The notes: generated from the letters alone by a model not told the origin. DNA of 64,000 bases from an archaeon GW2011_AR15 (GCA_000830295.1 CP010425.1:576001-640000); one strand, 5' to 3'; shown: positions 9,607-19,806, counted from the stretch's first letter. A program made the numbers and translations.

Positions 9607-11115
9607 ATGAATGAGAAAAAGAAAATACTGTTTATCAAATATTTTACTCCGGCAAACTTTGACCAGCGCACTATTGGAGCCATACTTAATCACAGATACG
9701 ATGTCAGCTACCTGACTATCCTAAGCGATGATGGTTTTAAGTCGCTTAAAGGAGAAAAAACCCACGACAGAGAGAATTATCGGAAACTTGGCAAATTCTG
9801 CAGCAACTACGATTTCATACTTATAGGCGCGCTATCTTTTGATGAGAAAAGGATATTTGAGTTTATAACCTATCTAAATAGGAATTATCCGGATCTTAGA
9901 CTCCTCCTTGGGGGGCCGTTGGCAATGGCAGAACCTGAAAAATGCCTGAAATATGTTGATTACCTTTGTATCTGGGACGCATATAATATAATGCAGCTTT
10001 TTGACTATATTGAGACAGGGAAGTTTCCTGAAGGAGGGTTGGATAATTTTGTGATAAAGGGAAAAAATGAGTTTCCAGGATTATCATTGCCAAAGACTTA
10101 TGATGAATACCCGGTCCCAGATTTTGCTTCTGAAGAAAATTATTCTTATCTTAATGGAAAATTGATGAAACTAGGTAAATATACTCCAAAAATGGTTTAT
10201 TTTGAAACAGAAAAAGGATGCATCTTCAACTGTAGTTTCTGTTCTATTTCTCATTATAACAAAATAAAGCGTCAAAATAAAATGCCTCTTGTAGTAAAGA
10301 GCTCTATGATAGTTGTCTTAGAGAAACTTAGAAAAATAAAATCCAATTTAAGAAAAGATGCATGTATTGACATCTTGGACGATAACTTTTTTGTCTATAG
10401 TGAAGAAGAAATACAATATTTTGTTGATCATTATGACAAAGAGATAGGTCTTCCTGTTATAATTCAAACCGACCCCAGATCAGAAAATTTCATTGAGAAG
10501 TTTAGGATTATTTCTAAAATAAAAAATATGAAAGTATTTGCGTGCGGAATTCAAACTGGATCAGAGCAATTTAATCTGAGAGTATACAACAGATCTCAGA
10601 AAAATAAGCTCATAATAGATAACCATAGGTCTATGAAAAAAATAATGAGACGACAGGGTGTGAAATTTACAGTCTTATATTATATAATATACAATAACCC
10701 ATTAGAGAAAAGAGAAGATGTTCTTGACACAATTAACCTCATGCTTAATCTTAGAGGGAAGGAGTTTGAATTCCAGCTAAATGCCTATTCGTTAATACCT
10801 TCAACAATACTTGGAGAGAGATTAAAAGACTATTATAATGATATATATACTTTCAGAGACCCGCAGTTTAATGTTTTCAGAAAAAATGCATTCTATAATC
10901 TATTCCTTTTTATCATAAACAAAATTAATTTTATGGGTGCAGATTTCCTCCTGCCAAGCAAATTTAAGGAGAATATAGTTACTGAACTATTGAACAATAA
11001 ATTCCTTGCAAAGCCGTATTACAAAGCATTAATAAACGCTACATATACTCACGAAAAAAGAAGGCTACAAAAAGAAAGAGAGGACATTCTAAAGAGAGCC
11101 ACGATAATTGCATAG
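9607..11115 (+). CDS. B12-binding-domain radical SAM protein
   Basis: LLGGPLA..PE N-domain, TEKGCIFNCSFC, DDNF, GIQTGSE. Confidence 0.85.
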   Translation: MNEKKKILFIKYFTPANFDQRTIGAILNHRYDVSYLTILSDDGFKSLKGEKTHDRENYRKLGKFCSNYDFILIGALSFDEKRIFEFITYLNRNYPDLRLLLGGPLAMAEPEKCLKYVDYLCIWDAYNIMQLFDYIETGKFPEGGLDNFVIKGKNEFPGLSLPKTYDEYPVPDFASEENYSYLNGKLMKLGKYTPKMVYFETEKGCIFNCSFCSISHYNKIKRQNKMPLVVKSSMIVVLEKLRKIKSNLRKDACIDILDDNFFVYSEEEIQYFVDHYDKEIGLPVIIQTDPRSENFIEKFRIISKIKNMKVFACGIQTGSEQFNLRVYNRSQKNKLIIDNHRSMKKIMRRQGVKFTVLYYIIYNNPLEKREDVLDTINLMLNLRGKEFEFQLNAYSLIPSTILGERLKDYYNDIYTFRDPQFNVFRKNAFYNLFLFIINKINFMGADFLLPSKFKENIVTELLNNKFLAKPYYKALINATYTHEKRRLQKEREDILKRATIIA

Positions 11116-11119
11116 ATAT

Positions 11120-12124
11120 ATGAAAAAATTTAAGGCAATATTGAGAGGCAGCAGGAAAGTCCTTCTAATAACTTCCTCCGGATATATGAATCTGGGTGGA
11201 GAAGCAGTTGTCCATAAGATAATAACTGAGGTCCAGTCAGCAAATCCAAAATCCCGGCTGAGAGCTACTTCAAGCAACCCTGGACACTCAGAGAAACTGC
11301 ATAAATTTGAAAATATCAAATTCATAAATTCTCTCTCAGTCAAACTTGTTTCCAATCTATTGTTAGCAGACACAATTGTTATTGCAGGCGATGAGATTAC
11401 TTCTGCCAGGCTTAATCAGCTTTACCCAGGAGTTCTGTCATATCTTCAGGGAAAATTCAGGATATTTGCTGCAGCTCTTGGAGTATTTTTAGGGAAAAAA
11501 GTCATTTTCTACAAGATCGGTCTGTATTCTTTTCAAAACAATTTCCCAAAAGGTGCCCTTAATTACGCACTAGAGAATTCAGTTCTTATTGTTGCAAGGG
11601 ACAATGAAACAAAAAAACAGCTTAGGTTGTTCGGGTGCAGAAAAGAAATCCAGGCTGGGAGAGACCCCGGTTATGATGTGGAATACCGGAAACAGAAGGG
11701 AACTAGAGGGATGGGCCTGATATTGAGCAACCCCCTCAATGACAGAAAAGAGCAGAAATTAACACAATTCCTGAAAAGCCTGTCTGACAAAAAGAAAAAG
11801 CGCAAACTCTGTTTCTTTGTTTTCTGCAGACATCCGGAAAAAGAAGCGGAAAATGATTTAACTTTTGTCAATAAAATAGTTTCTAAGCTCGGCCTGAAAA
11901 AGAAAGATTATGAAATATTTGTCTCAGATGAGCCCGCCAGAGTCAAGTCAAAAATGTCATCTATGTCTTTTATTATAACCTCAAGATATCACGGCGCAGT
12001 TTTCGCAGATTCAACAAAAGTCCCTTTCATTGCACTGCCCGTCAGCAACAAATTAAGGGCATTCGGAAAAAGGACAGTTGAATTCGAGGAGCTGGAAAAT
12101 TTTAACTTAAACCATATCAAGTAA
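11120..12124 (+). CDS. Polysaccharide pyruvyl transferase family protein
   Basis: GYMNLGGEA, ARD, DP, TSRYHGAV motifs. Confidence 0.85.
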   Translation: MKKFKAILRGSRKVLLITSSGYMNLGGEAVVHKIITEVQSANPKSRLRATSSNPGHSEKLHKFENIKFINSLSVKLVSNLLLADTIVIAGDEITSARLNQLYPGVLSYLQGKFRIFAAALGVFLGKKVIFYKIGLYSFQNNFPKGALNYALENSVLIVARDNETKKQLRLFGCRKEIQAGRDPGYDVEYRKQKGTRGMGLILSNPLNDRKEQKLTQFLKSLSDKKKKRKLCFFVFCRHPEKEAENDLTFVNKIVSKLGLKKKDYEIFVSDEPARVKSKMSSMSFIITSRYHGAVFADSTKVPFIALPVSNKLRAFGKRTVEFEELENFNLNHIK

Positions 12125-13309
12125 CTTCAGCTTACCTCGCTCAGAGAAGCCAATCTTTTTATTGATTGTAACACTGACTTTCTTAAAGGCTAATTTCATA
12201 AATGCTTCTTTAATTTCCCCATTGATTTCCTTGTCATGCACTTGTTTTGGGAGTATGTTTATTGTTAATCTGTTCCCAGAACACTTAAAAGTAAATAACT
12301 TTACGGTCTGGAAATCAAGCATCTTATCTACCATATCCCCAAGATAAACCTCTTTTTTTCCTGCTTTTATGAAATCGCTTTCCCTGCCTAAAATACGCTT
12401 TATCCTGCTGTTTTCAGCCATTACAAGGTCATCAGTCCTGTATCTTATCAAAGGCATAAAATAGTTTGAGAGAGAAGTGATAACCGGTCTTTTTATCCCT
12501 GGTTTTCTTGTATCTTCAAATTCAAGGACCACACTATCCCAGTTTGTCTTATAGTAGGTCATGCCAGGCTTCCTGTAAGCAGCAATATTGAACTCAGTGA
12601 GCCCATAATTGTCGGAAACAGGACAGCCAAATCTTTTCTCAAAATATGCTCTCATTTTCTCTGTCAAAACCTCCCCAATGCAGAATATTCTCCTTAGCTT
12701 CAGGCTTCTCAGATGCTTTTCATCAAAAGAATTCGCAAGTTCGAGAAGCTTGAACGGGAAATAATAGAGATACTTTATTTTATGTTTTCGGATAATCTCA
12801 ACTTGCTTTTCAGGGTTGGAATCCTGCCTTATTATGACTTTCCTGCTTATCCCAAATTTGTTGAAGAAACTGTTGCTTTCTTCTCTGTACCAGTAGAATC
12901 CAAGCTTCCTGAAAGGAGTGTATCCCTGGTCCATCAGTGTTCTGATAAAAATGGCGTTGTTGTAATCATTGGCCTCATCATCAAGGTAAACAGAGAATTC
13001 TTCTCCAGTAGTCCCGCTTGTGTATGTGACTTTGTAATCTTTCATCTTTTTTCTGTCAATCAGCTTCCTATAGTTTTTTAGAAGAGCAGACTTGTCCACA
13101 CAGGGGATTTTTTTAATATCTTCAAGGGCCCTTAACATATTAGGATGAAATTTTTTTTTTGAGTAGAACTCCCTGTAAAACTGGTTATTCCTGTATGCAT
13201 GATCCACTATGTTTTTCAGAAAAAAAAACTGGAGATCTCTCTTTTTTCTGTGGCTGAATTTATCCTGACTGAATATCTTGTATAAGTAGTAGAGCTCTCT
13301 TAAAAACAT
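12107..13309 (-). CDS. Phenylacetate-CoA ligase family adenylation enzyme (CapK-like)
   Basis: TSGTTG, IGE, YGLTE, MPLIRYRTDD, GRESD. Confidence 0.88.
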   Translation of the reverse strand: MFLRELYYLYKIFSQDKFSHRKKRDLQFFFLKNIVDHAYRNNQFYREFYSKKKFHPNMLRALEDIKKIPCVDKSALLKNYRKLIDRKKMKDYKVTYTSGTTGEEFSVYLDDEANDYNNAIFIRTLMDQGYTPFRKLGFYWYREESNSFFNKFGISRKVIIRQDSNPEKQVEIIRKHKIKYLYYFPFKLLELANSFDEKHLRSLKLRRIFCIGEVLTEKMRAYFEKRFGCPVSDNYGLTEFNIAAYRKPGMTYYKTNWDSVVLEFEDTRKPGIKRPVITSLSNYFMPLIRYRTDDLVMAENSRIKRILGRESDFIKAGKKEVYLGDMVDKMLDFQTVKLFTFKCSGNRLTINILPKQVHDKEINGEIKEAFMKLAFKKVSVTINKKIGFSERGKLKLLDMV

Positions 13310-13347
13310 AAAAATATAGAGGGAAACGTAATATTAAAGCTTATTGC

Positions 13348-15183
13348 TTATTTATGGAATTTTTTAACAAGCTCCATGATTTCTTTGCCCGGCGCCTTTC
13401 CCCTCAGCTTTCCCATAACCTTTCCTATTACAGCATTCCTGGGAATTCCTTTATTCTCTTTCAGTATTTTCTTCACTTCTTTCTCAAGCAATTTTCCCGT
13501 CAATGGCTTATATTGTTTATAGTCAGGTGATTTTCCTTCTGCAATGCCGATAAGTATCTCAAAGACAGCATCATCTGTTATCAAACCCCTGTTCAGTTTC
13601 TCCAGTATTCCAGGAGCGTGCTTCTCAATCTCGATTTCCTTATTATATCTCTTTTTTATCTCCTTCGGAGATTCTATAAGTGTCCTTGCTATAAAACCCG
13701 GCTCTACTTTCCTGTATTTCCTGACGTATTCTTCAAAATCAATGCCTTCATCGACAACCTCTTTCGCAAGCTGTCTACTGACATTATACTCTTTTGCCAG
13801 TCTATTGATTTTTTCAGGTATAAGTTCAGGCAGCTCTACAGACCCAAGAAGCTCTTCTGTGACATCAATATTAGGTATATCTGTCTCAGGATAAAGCCTG
13901 TTGGCCCCTGGAAGGGGCCTTGCATAAGAATTTGTGGCATTGTGATGGTTTGGAATCCTTGTTTCTTCGGGAACTCCTTTCAGACTATATAGGGCCCTCT
14001 CATAGACAGCGTCTGCGGCTTTTTCTGCAATTGCTTTCTTCTCTGCCATCACAATTATCAGGTCATTTTTTCCTGCCTTGAATAACTTCCTAAGCTCTTC
14101 AAATTCTTTTCCAAGGTTGTATTTTGAAAGATCCTCATCAGTATGTATCATTCCCTTTGTGCCGTAAGCCATTGCGTATTCCGCAAGCTCTTTCCCGAAT
14201 GTCTTCTCAGGGCACAGCTCTTTTTTCAGCAATCCTGAGAAATTTGGGAGAAGAAGGGCAATAACAGAGCCGCCGCTCTGTATTATGCCTGAAATCATCC
14301 TTGACTCGGAATTTCTGAACAGCTCTGTGGCATCTTCTGTTTTCTTGCTGAATTTTCCTGTTTTTCTTTTTTTCAGTTCTTTCTTTATCTCAATCAGGTT
14401 ATACTGCCTCAATACTTCATTTTCAATCAGCAGCTCCAGCTTTTTCAGGTCCTGCCAGCCCTTTACCTCTATTCTTGCCCCTTCTTTAATCGATATATTT
14501 ACGTCCTGCCTTATTGAGCCTATACCTCTCCTTACATTAAATGACCTCAAAAGAGTCCCTATTGCCAGGGCGGTTTCCCTCACATGCTTAGGGTCTTTTA
14601 ATGAGGCATCCGTGCCGATTTCAAGCAGGGGTACACCGAGTCTTGAAAGGGAATAGTATACAGCATCGCCTTCTTTTTTCTCTATCTTAGAAGAATCTTC
14701 CTCGAGGTTAAGCTGGACAATCTTTACTCTGCCTTCAGGAGTTTCAAGGAACGAATCCTTATTCTCATAGCCAAGCAGCATTGTCCTCTGGAACCCTGAT
14801 ACCGCAGAGCCGTCTGTCACTGTCTTGCGCATCACGCATATTGTTTCCGGGACATTCAGCTTAAACATCTTTGCCACGCCAAGGCCGATCATAAGCGCTT
14901 CATTATTGACAGCATGAGGAGGTTCCTCATCAAGCTCGACAAGGCAGTATTCACCTTTATAGCCGTGGTACAGAAATTTCCTGTTCCTGAACTGCTCATA
15001 CTGGGCTGCAAGGTCAACTTCTCCTGTCTCTCCTGCAGATGCCCTCAGCTTTCTCGAGGTCTCGGAAATAAGCTCTTTTTCCCCCATGCCGGAAGAGCAG
15101 TCGCAGAACAACTTTCCAGTGTTAAGCTCCTGATGTATCTCAATGCCTGCTTTGAATCCCAGTTTATTGTAATCTACCTTCAT
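13348..15183 (-). CDS. gatE: Glu-tRNA(Gln) amidotransferase subunit E
   Basis: GIEIHQEL..KLFC, MRKTVTDGS..SGFQRT, GSIRQDVN, RPLPGANRLYPETD. Confidence 0.96.
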   Translation of the reverse strand: MKVDYNKLGFKAGIEIHQELNTGKLFCDCSSGMGEKELISETSRKLRASAGETGEVDLAAQYEQFRNRKFLYHGYKGEYCLVELDEEPPHAVNNEALMIGLGVAKMFKLNVPETICVMRKTVTDGSAVSGFQRTMLLGYENKDSFLETPEGRVKIVQLNLEEDSSKIEKKEGDAVYYSLSRLGVPLLEIGTDASLKDPKHVRETALAIGTLLRSFNVRRGIGSIRQDVNISIKEGARIEVKGWQDLKKLELLIENEVLRQYNLIEIKKELKKRKTGKFSKKTEDATELFRNSESRMISGIIQSGGSVIALLLPNFSGLLKKELCPEKTFGKELAEYAMAYGTKGMIHTDEDLSKYNLGKEFEELRKLFKAGKNDLIIVMAEKKAIAEKAADAVYERALYSLKGVPEETRIPNHHNATNSYARPLPGANRLYPETDIPNIDVTEELLGSVELPELIPEKINRLAKEYNVSRQLAKEVVDEGIDFEEYVRKYRKVEPGFIARTLIESPKEIKKRYNKEIEIEKHAPGILEKLNRGLITDDAVFEILIGIAEGKSPDYKQYKPLTGKLLEKEVKKILKENKGIPRNAVIGKVMGKLRGKAPGKEIMELVKKFHK

Positions 15184-15222
15184 AGTATAGGTGATATATA
15201 TAATCTTTATATAGATTTTGCG

Positions 15223-16062
15223 TTAAGCTGAATCTTGTTTCTTCATCCTTACTATTCTCTCATTTTTTTTTGTAGTTATTTTTGGTATTTTAGTCTTCAC
15301 TTCTTTTTGCCAAAACGCATCATCAAAAATAATTTCTCTTACCCAGGGTAAATGACCGTCATGTGAAAATATAACTCCATTAGGAACGATTAACGGATAT
15401 AAATTTTTCAGACATATTTTTGTGGAAGAAGCATAGTCAACATCTAGGAAAGCAACTGCAATATTTTCATCAAAAGAAGGCATTGTTTTTTCAAATAATC
15501 CCTTTATAAATATACAGTTGTCAATTTCCCCATATCTCTTTACGTTATTTTTCACTTCATCTAGAGATCCTTTAAATAATCCTTTTTTGTAGAGCTCTTC
15601 AAGAAATAGTTTCCCTTCTTTCTTTTTATCAGGTTCAGGCAGTCCTTCAAAAGAGTCAAATACATAGAGTTTCTTGTTTACCAATTTTGCAGCTATGCTT
15701 AGTTTACAAGTGCTTGCTCCTTTCCAACATCCTGCCTCCACAAGTATCCCTTTAAGGTTAGATAGTTTTAATATTTCTGTAATAATTTCAAATATCTCTT
15801 TTTGAGAATGATAACCCTCCACATTTTTAGAAATAATATGGGCTCTTTTTATTATCTCAACTTTCTCTTTAAAACTGATTCCCAGATTTTCCTTTAAAAA
15901 CCGGGAGTATGTAAAAATATTAGCTAAAGGATAAAAAATACTAATTGCATTTATAATAAATTTTGGTATGATTTTCTTCAATATGCTCTCTATGCTGGGA
16001 GGCAGGCGCCCTTCTTTCAATAAATAAATGGGCTTGTTGATAACCGGTTTAGCAGAGGACAT
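15223..16062 (-). CDS. TylF/MycF/NovP-family O-methyltransferase
   Basis: EAGCWKG, FDSFEGLP, KGLFEKT, LDVD, HD. Confidence 0.9.
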   Translation of the reverse strand: MSSAKPVINKPIYLLKEGRLPPSIESILKKIIPKFIINAISIFYPLANIFTYSRFLKENLGISFKEKVEIIKRAHIISKNVEGYHSQKEIFEIITEILKLSNLKGILVEAGCWKGASTCKLSIAAKLVNKKLYVFDSFEGLPEPDKKKEGKLFLEELYKKGLFKGSLDEVKNNVKRYGEIDNCIFIKGLFEKTMPSFDENIAVAFLDVDYASSTKICLKNLYPLIVPNGVIFSHDGHLPWVREIIFDDAFWQKEVKTKIPKITTKKNERIVRMKKQDSA

Positions 16063-16147
16063 TGAGAGTAATAATACTCTCTCTCTTTATATTATTTCTT
16101 AACATTTTTTCAAAAACAATTTAAACACCATTTCATTAGCTATTCCA

Positions 16148-16546
16148 ATGAGAACATATACCAGAGAACAACTCCTGTTTTACCTCACAAGCCTTTCTAA
16201 AGAACTGAAGAAAACACCGACGATAGATGACATGAACAGGAAAAAAGACTATCCTTCCGCAGCCACCCTTGCAAAAAGGTTCGGCTCCTGGAACAATGCC
16301 CTCAGGAAAGCGGGCCTCAAGGTAAATGTGAGGAAGAAATACACGAAAACAGAGCTTCTGGACAACCTGAAACTGCTTGCGAAGGAGCTTGGCAGGCAGC
16401 CAAAATCAACTGATTTAAAGGGCAAGAAATGGGCGGCTTCATATACGACTTACAAGAAGCACTTTGGCAGCTGGAAAAAGGCCCTGGACTTGGCCGGGGT
16501 CACGGAAAGCAGGGTAGTCAATCTCAGGAAATTCTCAGGGAAGTAA
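16148..16546 (+). CDS. Homing-endonuclease-associated repeat protein (2 repeats, no nuclease domain)
   Basis: Two YT..LL..L..L.KEL...P....(R/H)FGSW..AL..AG units. Confidence 0.8.
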   Translation: MRTYTREQLLFYLTSLSKELKKTPTIDDMNRKKDYPSAATLAKRFGSWNNALRKAGLKVNVRKKYTKTELLDNLKLLAKELGRQPKSTDLKGKKWAASYTTYKKHFGSWKKALDLAGVTESRVVNLRKFSGK

Positions 16547-16584
16547 TAGAAATACATTTAAATTAAGTTCCATTGATTTTTCCT

Positions 16585-18351
16585 ATGTTGTATAAAGAGC
16601 TGGCAGAGCTGTATAAGAGGCTGGACAGCACCTCAAAAAGGCTTGAAAAAACATACTATATCTCTGAACTTATTAAAAAGACGCCGAAAAAAGACCTTGA
16701 GAAGGTTGTTTTGTTGGCGCAGGGGAAGATATTTCCGGACTGGACAGATAAGAAGATAGGTGTGGCATCAAAACTCGTTGTAAAGGCAATAAGCAAGGCT
16801 ACAGGAGCCTCTGTAAGGGATATTGAGGAAGCATGGCGGAAGCACGGGGACCTGGGCGATGTTGCCCGGAATCTGCTGGAAAAGAGAAAGCAGGCCTCTT
16901 TAATGCCAAAGGAACTTGAGCTTGACTGGGTTTTCATGTCTTTAAGGAAGCTGGCTGAGCATGAGGGCAAGGGCAGTGTGGAGAGCAAAGTTACGCTAAT
17001 CTCCGAACTTCTCATAAATGCAGGGCCTGATGAAGCCAGATACATAACGCGAACAGTGCTTGATAAGCTCAGGGTAGGCATAGGCTCAGGAAGCATGAGG
17101 GATGCCATAATCTGGGCTTTTTTCTCCGAAGAGCTTGGCATAAGGTACAACAGCGGGAATAACGATATTGAGCTTTCTGAAGCTGACAGGGCGAAATACA
17201 ACCAGATGTCAGAGAAAGTCCAGTATGCATATGACCTTATCAATGATTTCGGGGAATTGGCATTAAGGCTGAAAGAACGCGGACTAAAGGGGCTTGACGA
17301 AGTTTCTCTGGAGGTTGGAAAGCCTATAAATGCAATGCTTTTCCAGAAAGCCAAGGATATCGGGGATGCTTTTTCAATAGTGGGCAAGCCTGCAGCATTT
17401 GAGTACAAGTATGATGGTTTTAGGATGCAGATTCACATAGTCCAGAGTAAAGTCCAAATATTTACAAGAAGGCTGGAGGATGTTACAGAGCAGTTCCCTG
17501 AGGTTGTCGATGCGCTTAAAAAAAGCATCAGGGCCAAATCATGCATCCTGGATGCAGAGGCGGTGGGGTATAGCCCGGCCACAAAAAAATACGTGCCTTT
17601 CCAGAAGATATCCCAGAGGATAAAGAGAAAATACAATATAGATGAAATGGCCAAAAAGTTCCCTGTTGAAATCAATATATTTGACATAATCTACTATGAT
17701 GGCAAAAGCACTATCAATGAGCCTTTCCATGAGAGAAGGAAGTTCCTTGAAAAAATTGTGAAAGAAAAGCCGTTCAGCCTGGTTCTTGCAAAACAGCTCA
17801 TTACCTCAGACGAAAAAGAAGCCCAGGATTTCTATAATGAATCCCTGAAAATGGGGGAAGAGGGAGCAATGGCGAAGAACCTCGAAGGCATCTATAAGCC
17901 AGGCTCAAGAGTAGGATATGGTGTCAAGATAAAATCAATAATGGATCCCCTTGACCTGGTTATAGTCGCTGCTGAATACGGGGAAGGCAAAAGGTCAGGA
18001 TGGCTCACAAGCTTCTATCTTGCATGCTCTGACAACGGGAAACTGGTCGAGATAGGGAAAGTAAGCACAGGCCTGAAGGAGCTTGAGGAACAAGGAACTA
18101 CCTTTAAGGAGATGACAGGGCTGCTGAAGCCCCTGGTAAGAAAATCCTCCGGGAAATTTGTTGAGCTGAAGCCCGAAATAGTGATTGAAGTCGGGTATGA
18201 GGAGATACAGAAGTCGGTAAATTATTCTTCAGGATATGCCCTGAGGTTTCCAAGGTTCATCAGGCTCAGGACCGACGAGAAAACAGTAGATGACATCAAT
18301 ACAGCCGAAGATGTTGAGCAGCTGTACGAGCAGCAGAGGGCGAGAGGTTAA
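16585..18351 (+). CDS. lig: ATP-dependent DNA ligase
   Basis: EYKYDGFR, EGAMAK, YALRFPRF. Confidence 0.97.
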   Translation: MLYKELAELYKRLDSTSKRLEKTYYISELIKKTPKKDLEKVVLLAQGKIFPDWTDKKIGVASKLVVKAISKATGASVRDIEEAWRKHGDLGDVARNLLEKRKQASLMPKELELDWVFMSLRKLAEHEGKGSVESKVTLISELLINAGPDEARYITRTVLDKLRVGIGSGSMRDAIIWAFFSEELGIRYNSGNNDIELSEADRAKYNQMSEKVQYAYDLINDFGELALRLKERGLKGLDEVSLEVGKPINAMLFQKAKDIGDAFSIVGKPAAFEYKYDGFRMQIHIVQSKVQIFTRRLEDVTEQFPEVVDALKKSIRAKSCILDAEAVGYSPATKKYVPFQKISQRIKRKYNIDEMAKKFPVEINIFDIIYYDGKSTINEPFHERRKFLEKIVKEKPFSLVLAKQLITSDEKEAQDFYNESLKMGEEGAMAKNLEGIYKPGSRVGYGVKIKSIMDPLDLVIVAAEYGEGKRSGWLTSFYLACSDNGKLVEIGKVSTGLKELEEQGTTFKEMTGLLKPLVRKSSGKFVELKPEIVIEVGYEEIQKSVNYSSGYALRFPRFIRLRTDEKTVDDINTAEDVEQLYEQQRARG

Positions 18352-18382
18352 TTTTAAAAATTAGTGATTGATCCTATAAAAA

Positions 18383-18544
18383 ATGGCAAAATGTTCAATA
18401 TGCGGAAAAAAGATTGAAGAGATATTTCTTGGAAAAATACTGGGCACGTATATCAGGAATGAAAAGGGCAAACAGTATGCAGTCTGTTTTGAATGCCAGA
18501 AAAAATTCAGCACGAAAGACGAACTTCTCAGGAATATCAAATAA
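18383..18544 (+). CDS. 53-aa zinc-binding protein
   Basis: MAKCSICGKKIEEIFLGKILGTY..VCFECQ, two CxxC; found by manual translation. Confidence 0.75.
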   Translation: MAKCSICGKKIEEIFLGKILGTYIRNEKGKQYAVCFECQKKFSTKDELLRNIK

Positions 18545-18583
18545 ATTTTTAAACAGGCTTGTTGTCTAGCAGAATTATAGGCT

Positions 18584-18667
18584 GCCCCTGTAGCTCAGCG
18601 GGAGAGCGGCGGTTTCGTATGTTACAGAAAAAACCGCAGGTCGGGAGTTCAATCCTCCTCAGGGGCT
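18584..18667 (+). tRNA. tRNA-Thr(CGT) with 12-nt intron (18620-18631)
   Basis: GCCCCTG/CAGGGGC acceptor, GCTC/GAGC D-stem, GCGGT/ACCGC anticodon stem, TT-CGT-A loop. Confidence 0.9.
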
Positions 18668-18761
18668 TGTAGTAAAATGAATATGGGCTTGAGCGGAGCG
18701 AAACCTATTTGTTTCCGCCAACGCTTTCCAAAAGGGTTGGTGTAATCCTCCTCAGGGGCTT
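18651..18761 (-). mobile_element. Two-hairpin element copy C with duplication of the tRNA-Thr 3' end
   Basis: AATCCTCCTCAGGGGCTT exact at 18651-18668 and 18744-18761; TGGGCTTGAGCGGAGCGAAACCTA, TGTTTC, CCAACGCTTTCCAAAAGGGTTGG. Confidence 0.8.
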
Positions 18762-18852
18762 TCCACCAGGAACTGGGACTGAGCAGAGCGAATGTCGCAC
18801 ATGTTTCGTTCAACCCTTTCCTAAAGGGTTGGTGGGATTCAACTCAGGGGCC
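18762..18852 (-). mobile_element. Two-hairpin element copy D with a degenerate tRNA-Thr 3' remnant
   Basis: TGGGACTGAGCAGAGCGAATGTCGCAC, TGTTTC, CAACCCTTTCCTAAAGGGTTGG, then GGATTCAACTCAGGGGC. Confidence 0.75.
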
Positions 18853-18877
18853 TGTATTAACATGTTGGATTAGGGAA

Positions 18878-19213
18878 ATGAAAATAATAGCAGTAGTAAA
18901 CGACCTCTTCTTTGCAGCAAAGATAAGGGAGACAGCAAATCAGCTAGGTATAGAGCTGCTCATAATAAGGAATAAAGAAGACTTGTTTAGGCAGCTGGGC
19001 GGCTCTGAAACATACAAGCTCATAGTTGATCTGAATTTCAGGAGCTTTGACATCCTAGGAGCACTCAGGGAGGTAAAGAAAAAACACACAGTCTATACAA
19101 TAGGCTATCTTTCGCATGTCCAGGTTGAGCTGAGGAAAAAAGCAGAGAAATGCTGCGACCTGGTGCTGCCGAGGAGCGCATTCTCAGAAAGGCTTCCAGA
19201 GTTATTGTCTTAA
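18878..19213 (+). CDS. Stand-alone CheY-like receiver-fold protein
   Basis: VVNDLFFAAKI, LIVDLN, GYLSHV..VLPRSAF. Confidence 0.65.
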   Translation: MKIIAVVNDLFFAAKIRETANQLGIELLIIRNKEDLFRQLGGSETYKLIVDLNFRSFDILGALREVKKKHTVYTIGYLSHVQVELRKKAEKCCDLVLPRSAFSERLPELLS

Positions 19214-19254
19214 AAGCAGAGGTTTTTTATATATCTCTTTAACTAATAAATCTG

Positions 19255-19806
19255 ATGGCAACCTCTCAGAGGCTAAAATACAAAAAATTCAGTGTAGACA
19301 GGAAATGGATTTTTCTCGGCCTTTCAGTCTGGTTCATATCTTTTTTTATTGAGATCATACCAATCATTTTCCTGACATTTTTTTGCGTGATAAATTCAGC
19401 CATGCTCTCTTTTAAAAGATACTTTGATGCCCCCCTTGACCCGGAGTTTTCAACATTCTCGGCAATACTTATGACAGTGAGATACGGGCTGTTATTCGGA
19501 ATTATTACTGCCATACTTACAAAGCTTGTCTCTATGATATACATAAAAAACATCAAGGTAAATTATTTCTTCATGATGACGGGATATATTGTAGCGGCCC
19601 TGCTGGCAGATGTTTTCAAGGGATACGGGGTTGTAACACTGGGGCTGATTGTCACGCTGCTGGCAAATGTCTATCAGTTTTTCATAAGGAAATTTGTAGT
19701 CAATTACTCCACATTTGAAATAATCTCATACGGAGTCACAAATATAATATTTAATTCAGTGCTGTTCATAGGGTTCGCAGATATTTTTATTAAGATAATG
19801 ATATAG
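19255..19806 (+). CDS. Membrane protein, ECF S-component-like (paralog 1)
   Basis: About 6 TM helices; DPEFSTFSAILM..YGL..G..TK motif shared with the ORFs at 19816 and 41691. Confidence 0.6.
   Translation: MATSQRLKYKKFSVDRKWIFLGLSVWFISFFIEIIPIIFLTFFCVINSAMLSFKRYFDAPLDPEFSTFSAILMTVRYGLLFGIITAILTKLVSMIYIKNIKVNYFFMMTGYIVAALLADVFKGYGVVTLGLIVTLLANVYQFFIRKFVVNYSTFEIISYGVTNIIFNSVLFIGFADIFIKIMI

Noticed and set aside
18651-18852. CRISPR array or prophage att sites at tRNA-Thr
   Set aside because: Only 2-3 repeats, which are tRNA 3' ends; the spacers resemble each other; no cas or integrase gene is present.
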